A stretch of 63,988 bases of DNA, the filler included, from Eremomyces bilateralis CBS 781.70 (taxonomy: Eukaryota), in assembly GCA_010015585.1 (NCBI GenBank). It is 5 parts of 4 records of this genome, joined end to end, with 100 filler letters (N's around TTAATTAATTAA, not from the genome) between each part and the next. Parts side by side here need not be neighbours in the genome. Positions count along the whole stretch, not along the records: positions 37,072 to 51,473 come from ML975170.1; positions 51,574 to 62,636 come from ML975175.1; 3 more parts are not named here. One strand, written 5' to 3'. Under the pieces are notes generated by a model. That model made no database searches, was not told where the DNA came from, and saw only the letters and a list, made by a program, of their open reading frames with translations. Below are positions 50,288-59,591 of the stretch, in pieces. Each line of letters starts with the position of its first letter. Within the stretch, counting starts at the first letter, position 1. The translations under genes and the position numbers were made by a program.

Positions 50288-50718
50288 CATCCCTCTACAC
50301 CTTCTCTCCTCCACCTTCTCTCCTAGTTATACATTCCCTTCTACTAACTATATGGTCCCAACCCTCCGATCCGACGCTGTGCCCGAGTAAGAGCAGCGTC
50401 ACTCTAGATCAGAACCTAGAAGAACAGAGGCATTCAGCAAACTGACCATCTTATTCCCTTAACACAGTTATAATATTTCCCTATGTTAGCCGCAGATATA
50501 GAAGCTAGTTAGAAGACCGAAGATAGAAAATGGGGGCACAAGGCCACAAGGCACCAATGTATGTAATTAGTCAGCTTAGGTAGTTCCCCACATGGGCCTC
50601 GCCGAGAGGCCTGACGGGCGTATGAATCTCTCTCTCTCTCTCTCTAAATATGGCTCTCCACCCAACTAATTCGTTGGGCCTAGTCCCGTATCTCGATTCG
50701 TCAGATTTTGATGGAAAT

Positions 50719-50770
50719 GAGGAGGGAAGTGAGGAGGAAAGTGAGGAGGAAAGTGAGGAGGAAAGTGAGG
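50719..50770 (+). repeat. 12-bp tandem repeat, about 4 copies
   Basis: GAGGAGGAAAGT units encoding EEES. Confidence 0.85.
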
Positions 50771-50903
50771 CTGGAGATAGTGATATGGAGGAGAGCTTTG
50801 CGACTGCAGACGAGAAGATTAGCGATGAGATCGACTAAGATATAGAGGACTTACCTGACTCCTTCTTCAACGACTTCCCAAATACGATACAGGAGGACTA
50901 TAT

Positions 50904-51040
50904 TGTTATGGGTTGAAACCCTTGGTTGGCTCAGGCTGAGAGCCTAAGCCTGATTAGGTTAAGGGTAAATCAGAGTCCAACCTCTCCGATGTAAACAAGA
51001 AAGCTTCTGTTGTGAAGACGACAAAAGTAGAAGACTGATT
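50904..51040. mobile_element. LTR family B, truncated
   Basis: First ~100 bp match 54390 onward; followed by the Helitron-like terminus. Confidence 0.75.
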
Positions 51041-51041
51041 A

Positions 51042-51473
51042 TGCCTGGAGGAACGAAGTTCCGTAAGGTCTTTGTGGACGCCTGAGGGCCAACTTTTCTC
51101 CCAACTCAAACTTAAATCACATGATATTCACGTGAGTTTCACGTGATTTCCGTTCCTTCACCCCAACCTTCGTCGACATCGCGATCGCCGCCCGATTTAG
51201 CCCGTATGATATGATTCTAACGAGCTATGAAACTACACGCTCGGCATCGTTCACTCGCCGTTCGCTGACACCGCCTGATTCTGACCCCGCGCCTGACTGA
51301 GTCCGATCGTCGGGACTCAATCCGATCGTTGAGACTTGACTCTGATTGTCAAGACTGACTCCGATCATAAAGACTCGAGAAAAAGAGGAGGGATGCGAGG
51401 GAAAAAAAAGAGGCGAAGTCTCCCCATCATTAAGCGATCAATGTTACAAAGGGTCGGTTTTCAATGTCTCTCG
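51042..51473 (-). mobile_element. Helitron-like terminus, copy 2 (runs into gap)
   Basis: Near-identical reverse complement of 2091-2522. Confidence 0.85.
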
Positions 51474-51573
51474 NNNNNNNNNNNNNNNNNNNNNNNNNNN
51501 NNNNNNNNNNNNNNNNNTTAATTAATTAANNNNNNNNNNNNNNNNNNNNNNNNNNNNNNNNNNNNNNNNNNNN
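51474..51573. other. Assembly spacer
   Basis: N44-TTAATTAATTAA-N44. Confidence 0.97.
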
Positions 51574-51871
51574 AAGATACTGTCGCATTAGATGACTACG
51601 AAGCTCAGACGGGCCGAAACATTGCTTCCGAAGCGTTAAGGGCAGGAGATAGACGGCCTCCTTAAAAGGGAGGAGAGACCTTTTATGACAGTCTTGGGCT
51701 TCGCCCAGTCTGTGTGTTGTGGCCTTGCGGCCTAAGGCAGAAGGGATGGGTAGACCGTTTGCCCATAGATGTAAATAGCAGATCGCAGTAAGAGAGATCT
51801 TCTCCTTCTCTCTTTAGCAATTCAACAGCGTTACCAGCTTACCAAATCCTTCGTGGTTTGGGCCCATGACA
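51574..51871 (+). mobile_element. Gypsy 3' end: chromodomain-like tail, polypurine tract and LTR family A (51684-51871)
   Basis: DTVALDDYE tail, AAAAGGGAGGAGAG tract, then the LTR-A sequence ending ATGACA. Confidence 0.75.
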
Positions 51872-52294
51872 CCATTTCGGTTTTTCGTTCCATGCGTCCC
51901 ATCCTTCATATTGTACTCGGTACATAATACAGCCCTTCTATCCTATCGCTTTGTCCTTCCTTCTATTATCGATTCTACAGTCTACTACCTTTTTTACTTC
52001 GTAGTCTGCCCGAGTTCCGTCGTTATTTTGGTTTTCGGCTTCTGCTCTTAGAGGTCGTTAGCCATCGAATAGCTTGCTATCATCGAGTCGGAGTAGCTAC
52101 GGGTAAAATATAGGGTAGACTCCTTCGAGGGCGTTCGATAAGAGGTCCAGTTTATAAGTAAAGTAATCGATCGCTCGAGTAATCTGGAACGGCCTAATAT
52201 TCTTTAAATCGAGTGATTTCGAAGGTCGAGCTGAGTTAAGGTACCGAGTGTCTAAGTAGACCCAATCACCTACTTTGAACTGCGGAGCCCCCAT
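51872..52294 (-). mobile_element. Gypsy integrase C-terminal (SH3-like) fragment, decayed
   Basis: FKVGDWVYL...RPSKSLD...PFQI...YKLDL...VYPIFYP. Confidence 0.8.
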
Positions 52295-52383
52295 TCAAGC
52301 TAAACAGGAGCACACTTTACCCTCACCCTAATATATCTTTGTCTATTGCGGGAAGTTAAGATAGCCTTTGTTTCTGACACTCG

Positions 52384-53658
52384 TTAAGATTTATATCCTT
52401 GGGTAGCATTCTTAAACGCAAGAATATCCCCTTTAACCGCCTCTATGGCCTCATTGCTCTCCTTAAACACCCCAGCACCTATCTGCGCGTACGTTTTCAT
52501 TGTGTCAGAGTCGGCCTGATACCCGGGCCATGCGGTATTGATATACGTTGCCAGTTTTAGAGCCGGCCTCTCAATTTTTCTGATCAAGTCCTGATATATG
52601 ACCTCAAGCTCCGGTGGATATGCACCGGTTTGTTCACGGGTTACTGTAGGACGGGGACCGGTCGGCGCGGCGTATTTTCCATCATACAAGGGTGGACCTG
52701 GCGGGACCTTTCGGAGATGTTAGTCGGTGTAGCAGGGACGAAAAGACTGGGGTATGAAAAAGGCGCCACACGAATTTGCTATTCTCCTCCGTGAAGCCCT
52801 CCGTACTGTTTAAGTACGTCGCGGCAGGCGCGAAGGTGAAGCTCGGGTCTGTACCCTTGTATGGTCCTGGGAAAGTCACCCCCTCCGGGTTGGCGGTGCC
52901 GGATCCCGTGATCTCGATGCTAAAACAGTACGGGTAGATTTGGATCTGCTCCTTCAGATCATGGGACATGAGCTCCTTCATATTGCCATGAAGGGCGATG
53001 AGCTCGGCGCGGAGGATGTAAGTACCCGGTGCAATGTCGCTAGGGAGTCGGAGCTTGTACATATCGCCTTCGTCGTTGGCGAGCTGGTTTGCCCATTTAT
53101 CTAATGACTCTGCTTAGTGCCTGAGCGGTATATGTGAGAAGCGTTACATACCAGCGGTAGCATCAAATCCCTTCTCGTAGATCTTAAAGAACTTGATATC
53201 ATTTGGCGAGGTTTCCGGCGTGGGAAGACGGCCCAAATACGCAACCCCTGGGCCCCAGTGCATGCGTGTGATCGGCGTCCAGAGGAGGATCACCTCCGCG
53301 CCAGCACGAGCAATTGCCTTCAGCGCTGGTGCTATGGCATTCTTACGGCCTAAAGAACGGTTAGTTCCCGGCGACGTTGCTATATCTTGCTATATGCGCT
53401 TACAGGCAATGTCCGGGCTCGAGAAGTCCGTGACAGGATTAAATGTGGGGGGGACTACATCGTAGGTCCATCCGATGCGTTTAACCGGACCGACAAGATG
53501 GTCAATACGCTCGTCGAAGGGATGGTAGCTTCAGTAGAGTCAGCGAGTGCAAGTGATACAGTAGTGAGGAAGATTTACGCGTTTCCATCGATGACAATAT
53601 TCTTAATGGTCGTATGGGCGCACACAGCGCCGACGAAGAGCAATAGTGAAAGTCTCAT
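52384..53658 (-). CDS. Secreted AA9 lytic polysaccharide monooxygenase, 4 introns
   Basis: Signal MRLSLLLFVGAVCA then N-terminal His; SPDIAC, HWGP, FFKI, IAPGTYILRAELIALH, QIYPYC, FPGPY and PGPPLY. Confidence 0.9.
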
Positions 53659-54054
53659 GATGATCTGTCAACTCGAAGGACTCAAGAATACTCCAAAGCC
53701 GATCTCGAAACGAGATTTGGAGTGGTTATAAGTATCTCTAGAAGCCATGCCGAAGCTCTTCCACGTCCAATTTCAGCATATGAAGCGGATAATACTGTCT
53801 TGCCAATGTGAACGGCATCGGTACAATCGGAGCCATCTCTCTATTGAGCTTTTACAAGTCACCGCATCAGCCCACGGGGTAGTACTATGACATTCTTGAT
53901 GCTTCTTAGAAGTTTGGATATTGGCAATATAATGCTCGAAAGGGTAGGATCCGCCTAGAAGCCCAATATTAGTTGCCGTACGAGGAATACGAATAACTCT
54001 CCCCTGCAAGCTAGGTGAGGACGAGGTTCACCACTCCAGTTAATTGATTGTACC

Positions 54055-54259
54055 TGTCACAGAATATCTGTGTTTCTTGGCGTTTCAGCACGGCTTCATT
54101 ATTACCGTACATATTTGATTATATACCCCTCTTTCTTTCGGTTTTTAGGGAATATATCATCATCGTAAACCATATAAAATAGTTCCAGGAACAGCCTGTT
54201 TTCGTACGATTCCTGCTCTTCAGGATCAATATCAATCTATCTGCGTTTTTGGCCTCTAA
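54055..54259. mobile_element. LTR family D, diverged inverted copy, truncated by LTR-C
   Basis: TGTCACAGAATATCTGTGTTTCTTGGCGTTT matches the reverse complement of the end of 54725-54986. Confidence 0.8.
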
Positions 54260-54389
54260 TGTTATGGTCCCAGGCCTGCGGCCTGTTCCCTTGGTTGTGG
54301 CTGAAGACGTGGCTGGTGGATTATATCAGAGAAGCAAACAAACATGGTAACACAGCATTAGGGATTGGAGAGGTGTTGATCGTTTTGGC

Positions 54390-54579
54390 TGTTATGGGTT
54401 GAAACCCTTGGTTGACTAAGGCTGGGAGCCTAAGCCTGATTAGGTTAAAGGTTGATTCAGAGTCCAAACCTCTTCGATGTAAACGAGAAGGCTTCCCCTT
54501 CTTGTTCTCTTCTTTAGCTTAATCTAGAATACCTTTGGCTATGTGTATGTTGTGTGCATCCAGCTACCGTGCCGTAACA
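54390..54579. mobile_element. Solo LTR family B
   Basis: TGTTA...TAACA ends; TSD TTGGC. Confidence 0.9.
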
Positions 54580-54724
54580 TTGGCGTGTCAATCAATCACG
54601 GAAACAATAGGATACCTGTTCAGAGGCAGTGAGATGCTTGTATTCGGTCAGAAGTACATAGTTTACCTTGACGGGTATATATACCCAGGCTTATGTAATC
54701 TTATGTAATCTACAAGGTGCGGTG

Positions 54725-54986
54725 TGTGAGATAAATAGCGGTTTCGCTCAATCAGGTGATTACTGCAGCGACACAGTGGGAAAACACCGTTAGATTCCAA
54801 AAGAGCGTAGATAGATTAACCTTGATCCTGAAGAGTCGGATCCTACGAAAACAGGCTGTTCCTGCAGCTATTTTATATGCTTTACAATGGTGATCTTTTC
54901 CCTAAGAAGGGAAAGAATAGGGGTATAGAATCGAATACGGAATGAATCCGTGGGAAAACGCCAAGAAACACAGATATTCTGTGACA
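54725..54986. mobile_element. Solo LTR family D
   Basis: TG...CA ends; TSD CGGTG. Confidence 0.9.
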
Positions 54987-55011
54987 CGGTGACTACGTAA
55001 TAGCCGCGGAT

Positions 55012-55205
55012 TGTGACAGTCTTGGGCTTCGCCCAGTCTGTGTGTTGTGGCCTTGCGGCCTAAGGCAGAAGGCTGAGGGATCGGTAGACCGTTTGCCCAC
55101 AGATGTAAATAGCAGATCGCAGTGAGAGAGATCTTCTCCTTCTCTCTTTAGCAATTCAACAGCGTTACCAGCTTACCAAATCCTTCGTGGTTTGGGCCCA
55201 TGACA
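55012..55205 (+). mobile_element. Solo LTR family A
   Basis: TG...CA ends; TSD CGGAT. Confidence 0.9.
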
Positions 55206-56018
55206 CGGATTTCCGATACACCCCCCTAGATCTAGAAAAGATTTGTATATCACAACCGTATCGCGGAGTTATCCTTCTGAATCAGTTATGTTCGTTTCAG
55301 TGATGGATATGATTATATCTCGTGGGATTATAATGAGATGCTGGATAGATCGCATATTCAGGTGCTCGAGGAATTTCCGGTGGTTCTAAGGGGAGAGTAT
55401 CTTGATAAGTCCGTCGTGATATTTGGTGTACAATATGATCCTTAGTTATCAATTTATGAACTACCTGGAAAGGTGGGAAGTCTGCAGGATATATACTCCG
55501 CACCCAGATGCGGTTGACTAATCACCCCTTCAACAATCCTCTCCCCCATTTTACCTCAGACGTGCTTAGAGCGGAGCATAAGGATGTCGAGCCAACTCGA
55601 CTCGAATTTCATCTGGGAGCAGCCATGATCCAGGCGGCTTGAAAGACCAAACTTTCGGTTCCATCTTTCGTATGAAAAATCTACGCGCCAGTTTGGTCTA
55701 CTAACAATCGAGTCAATAAAGCGTGGATAAAGAGCTCCCGGCACGAGAAGATATGCTCTATGGCTTGTTCATCCGCTGCCCGTAGCCGTGAAATGAATTA
55801 AAACAGCTTGGTGGTAATATGAGGTAAGTCCATGCTAACAGTCGTCTCCAGGGATTGAATATTTTGTCTAATCAAGGGCTCCGTATAATCCAGACACCCG
55901 CTTGATGCGACAGTCGGAGGCTCGCATGTTAGGATGTCCATTTGGGCGACGCGTGTTGGATTTCGGCTTCTAATTGACTGGTATTGATGGTCTGATGGCG
56001 ATTCCGAGCGCCTCTAAG

Positions 56019-56206
56019 TGTCATGGGCCCAAACCACGAAGGATTTGATAAGCTGGTAACGCTGTTGAATTGCTAAAGAGAGGAGAAGAAGATCTCTCTC
56101 ACTGCGATCTGCTATTTACATCTGTGGGCAAACGGCCTACCCATCCCTTCTGCCTTAGGCCGCAAGGCCACAACACACAGACTGGGCGAAGCCCAAGCCT
56201 GTCACA
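56019..56206 (-). mobile_element. Solo LTR family A
   Basis: Reverse complement of LTR-A; TSD CTAAG/TTAAG (one transition). Confidence 0.88.
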
Positions 56207-56600
56207 TTAAGGGAGAATTTCTGACGAGTGACCCTACTCCACTCCACCACAATATAATCTGAGGCGGAAAAAATATTATGAGAAGGACAATGTGCATTAG
56301 CATAATGTATTTGATGGATTTTTTAGCATACTAGGCCACTTGTTGTGAGTATTGAGCTGCTTCTGCACGACACGCCGGACGCCCATACAAATCGTTTCGG
56401 TCCTTTTACCCCAACATTATAAGTTCATTTCGATTTGTATATAAGTAAAACTAGATTCAAAAGATAGCCAGTAACCAAGATATATTGTCGAACATAAGCG
56501 CACTTTTGCTGAAGCCTCACGTTGGGAGTAGAGACCGAATTGGACACTTTTTTTTTGGAAAAGGTAGTTAACGCTAACTAACTAGTTAGTTAGATCACTA

Positions 56601-57024
56601 ACGTATTCCACAAGCGAGCGGCCCATACAGGCGAGCGGCCCACCCCATTTTACTAGTAAATTCGATAAAATTCGATATCAATATCTCAGCAACCATTGGA
56701 TAATATAGTCTGAAAACTTAGAATTAGGTTTTCCTATCCATTTCTAGCTTACTATTGAAATCTTAGAGCTTTATCTTTTATAGTTATAAAGATATAGAGA
56801 TTTGGTCTCTAAATCTTGCCAAGAAGTAGGCATCTCTATACCTGTAAAAGCTAGGGTTTTAAGATTTCAATAGTAAGCTAGAAATGGCTAGGAAAACCTA
56901 ATTCTAAGTTTTCAGACTATATTATCCAGTGGTTGTTGAGATATTGATATCGAATTTTATCGAATTTACTAGTAAAATGGGGTGGGCCGCTCGCCTGTAT
57001 GGGCCGCTCGCTTGTGGAATACGT
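56601..57024. mobile_element. Fot1/pogo-type MITE, copy 2 (424 bp)
   Basis: ACGT ends with TA flanks; core inverted relative to 5050-5473. Confidence 0.9.
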
Positions 57025-57030
57025 TAACTA

Positions 57031-58876
57031 ACGTAATCCACCAGCGAGTCGCCCAAACCACCGAGTCGCCCACCTCAACCGTGGCCCACTACCGTAACCT
57101 GAATATCTCAACAACTACTGAAGCAATTTATTAATTAGGAAGTAGGCTAGGATCTACGTTTTCTGTTATAGCTAATTGAGGCATTGAACAGGTCTCAACT
57201 CGATGTCCTGGCTCGCGACAGCGTCCGCAACGTCGCTGGCGCCTTCCAGGAGCGTCACTAGAAGCACCATTTTGACTGATTATATCTTGATCCCGGCGTT
57301 GTTCAACTAATTGAAGCCCATCAGTAATTGAGCGCGTGTCAGCGCCCTTAAGCACCTTTTTTTTGCGTTGTTTGCGCTTTGATAGCGTCTCGTTTGCCTT
57401 CCGAAGCTTTCCTATCTCGACCTCCATGATTGAAGCTCCGTGCGCGACCATTTGAACACCCTTTTCAAGGCTTGAAAAGCTTTCTAAAAGCGGTGTTGGG
57501 GAGGTATTTTGATCTCTTTGAAGGCGCTGTCGTATGTACTCTGTTTGGGACCCTATTTCAGCGACGTTGCGTGGTGTTTGCGACTCCCATTGAGTGGTCT
57601 CTGGTAATGGCGTCGGGGTCCGTAATCGGACATCAAGCTTTGAAATAACAGCTTCTGGATCGAAAGGCATTAATCCTGCGCCTCTGAAGGCGCCCTGGAT
57701 ATTCTCCGTAGCAATTGCTTTTTCGAAGGCGGTCTTGAAAGCAGGTAAAAAGTCCTCTTTCGTGATGTGGTTGATGCGGCACCGGATAAAGTCCTCAATC
57801 TCCTTGCTATACGCGCGCTTTAATGGCCCAAAACAGCCAACGTCGAGGGGTTGTAGCAAATGAGATGAATGCGAAGGCATGCAGAGAGTAATGATCTTCT
57901 GGTCCTTGCAGAAATCCTGGAATTGGATAGTGTCATGGCTGTTATGGCCATCCATAATCAGAAGCCGATAGGCGCCAGTCGTACGGTCTTCTGTGAAGCG
58001 ATTAAAATGCTTTAACCACTCAAATCCATGCTCAAGGGACGTCCAGCCCTTCTCGCTAACTGATAGAACCCAATCAGACCTATCCGCAATCGCCTCGTAC
58101 CAGGTATTGTAATGTCGAGCGCCTTTGAAGATGATGAAGGGTGGGACAACCCAACCTTGCGCGCTGGCAGCAATGATCGATGTCACCCATTCTGTATTGC
58201 CTGGCTGCAAGGTTTTTGGAGCCTGACGTCGTTCGGTACCCGTGATGACCATGCGCGTCCCGATTACGCCCATTTGAAAGCCAACTTCATCAAAGTTGTA
58301 TGTATCTTCATCCAGGATACCGTATTTTGCCTTCACGTTGCGTACGAGGCGAAACCACGCGCCAATAATCTCTGGATCTTCGTTCAGGGCTCTTTTATAG
58401 TCGTACTTTCGATTAACACGTGTTTTGAGCTCTGGAACGCGTTGTACGAATCTTGAAGGCCAATTGATACCAACGTGAGCCTGACCGCGATCGCTGAGTA
58501 GCTTGTTGGCTATATCTCGCAACATATCGTAATTGAGCTGAAATCCGCGCGCGTCGACATCGAGGCAGTAGTCGATAATCACCCTTTCTTCCATATTTGA
58601 GAGCTTTTTCGAATTCGGGACACAATCGCTTCGTGCAGTCATTCCGTTGCGGCGGTCACGTAAGGTACTCCACGGGACGTTGTAAGCTTTTGCAGCTTCT
58701 CGAATTGATTGAACTTGGTCTTGTTCGATAGTCTGGATGGCTAGGTTCATTCTAGCTTCATTTGAAGGTAATTGAGGGCGCTGTTGTTGAGACATTGCGA
58801 AAAAACCGTGATGATCGCTGTTATGGAGATGAGGTGGGCGACTCGGTGGTTTGGGCGACTCGCTGGTGGATTACGT
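57031..58876 (-). mobile_element. Complete Fot1/pogo DNA transposon
   Basis: Perfect 47-bp TIRs (57031-57077, 58830-58876); TA flanks. Confidence 0.95.
57131..58795 (-). CDS. Fot1/pogo transposase, intact (554 aa)
   Basis: N-terminal HTH (AAKAYNVPWSTL), YNFDEVGF, LLIMDGHNSH, HLLQPLDVGCF and C-terminal CGRCREPGH. Confidence 0.95.
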   Translation of the reverse strand: MSQQQRPQLPSNEARMNLAIQTIEQDQVQSIREAAKAYNVPWSTLRDRRNGMTARSDCVPNSKKLSNMEERVIIDYCLDVDARGFQLNYDMLRDIANKLLSDRGQAHVGINWPSRFVQRVPELKTRVNRKYDYKRALNEDPEIIGAWFRLVRNVKAKYGILDEDTYNFDEVGFQMGVIGTRMVITGTERRQAPKTLQPGNTEWVTSIIAASAQGWVVPPFIIFKGARHYNTWYEAIADRSDWVLSVSEKGWTSLEHGFEWLKHFNRFTEDRTTGAYRLLIMDGHNSHDTIQFQDFCKDQKIITLCMPSHSSHLLQPLDVGCFGPLKRAYSKEIEDFIRCRINHITKEDFLPAFKTAFEKAIATENIQGAFRGAGLMPFDPEAVISKLDVRLRTPTPLPETTQWESQTPRNVAEIGSQTEYIRQRLQRDQNTSPTPLLESFSSLEKGVQMVAHGASIMEVEIGKLRKANETLSKRKQRKKKVLKGADTRSITDGLQLVEQRRDQDIISQNGASSDAPGRRQRRCGRCREPGHRVETCSMPQLAITENVDPSLLPN

Positions 58877-59305
58877 TAGTTAACTAACTAACTTAGCGTA
58901 GTAGCGCTACATCAGCAAGGATGTAAATGGACCTTGGAAGGCTTTGAATATTTTGCTTGGAACAACCGAACCAGTTGCCTTGGGAGCGTTGACTCCGGAG
59001 CATTGTCTTGGGACCGTTCCCTCTGGGAGCTCGACTCTGCGCTTCAATCCGACCAGTCCTCATGGTCCGCATCGATTGACCACTGGACCTCAGTCAGGGG
59101 TTAGTGATGTAGTTATTGCATATTTGCTGTCCGGTGGGCCCGACATCTCCACATTACCCCAGATAATTATCCAGTCTTATTTACGGGTCCATTCAGTTCA
59201 CTTGTTCGGTCCGCTCCAGATCTCCACTCTCCGCGTGCGCATCTCTACTCCCTATTACCCCAGGTTCCACTCTAACCGGGGATATCTACGATATCCTTAA
59301 TGGTA

Positions 59306-59517
59306 GTACTTCTCCGCACTTACGGCAGACCCCTCAATAATGCGGGGTATAGTGGACGTCTGGGAGATCGTAGGTACTGGTATCTCGGGTGATAATAGAC
59401 ATCTCTACTATGGATTTACCCCAAATGTCTATAACCCGAGATACCGACATCTACGATCTCCCGGGTGTCGATGTACCCCGCATAATTGAGGGGCACACTG
59501 TGGTTGCGGAGAAGTAC
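59306..59517. repeat. 212-bp imperfect palindrome in the MFS promoter
   Basis: Arms of about 95 bp (GTACTTCTCCGCA...ATAGACAT and its complement) around a short loop. Confidence 0.85.
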
Positions 59518-59591
59518 AGATAATCATTTGATTGACCTTGTTTCGAAGTCTCGAAGTGCGATCTTTTCACCACAGTCAGTCCGATTCTAAC

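Larger units (their letters stand above)
44868..50642 (+). mobile_element. Full-length Tad1-like LINE
   Basis: ORF1 and ORF2 present; (TC)n tail; TSD TCTAAATATGGCT at 44855-44867 and 50643-50655. Confidence 0.9.
54260..55218 (-). mobile_element. Copia 3' LTR (family C) split by three solo LTRs
   Basis: Colinear with 6152-6416 once the inserts are removed; followed by the same PPT and internal sequence to ~55415. Confidence 0.88.

Noticed and set aside
2091..51473. 432-bp inverted repeat bracketing ~49 kb as a giant TIR element or Starship
   Set aside because: The termini face inward, the copies lie on different contigs, there is no TSD, and I see no tyrosine-recombinase captain; two independent insertions explain it.
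55500..55990. Possible gene fragment ending ...LDILMLRSKHV on the minus strand
   Set aside because: Protein-like, with intron-like signals, but bounded by LTR debris and not identifiable without a search.
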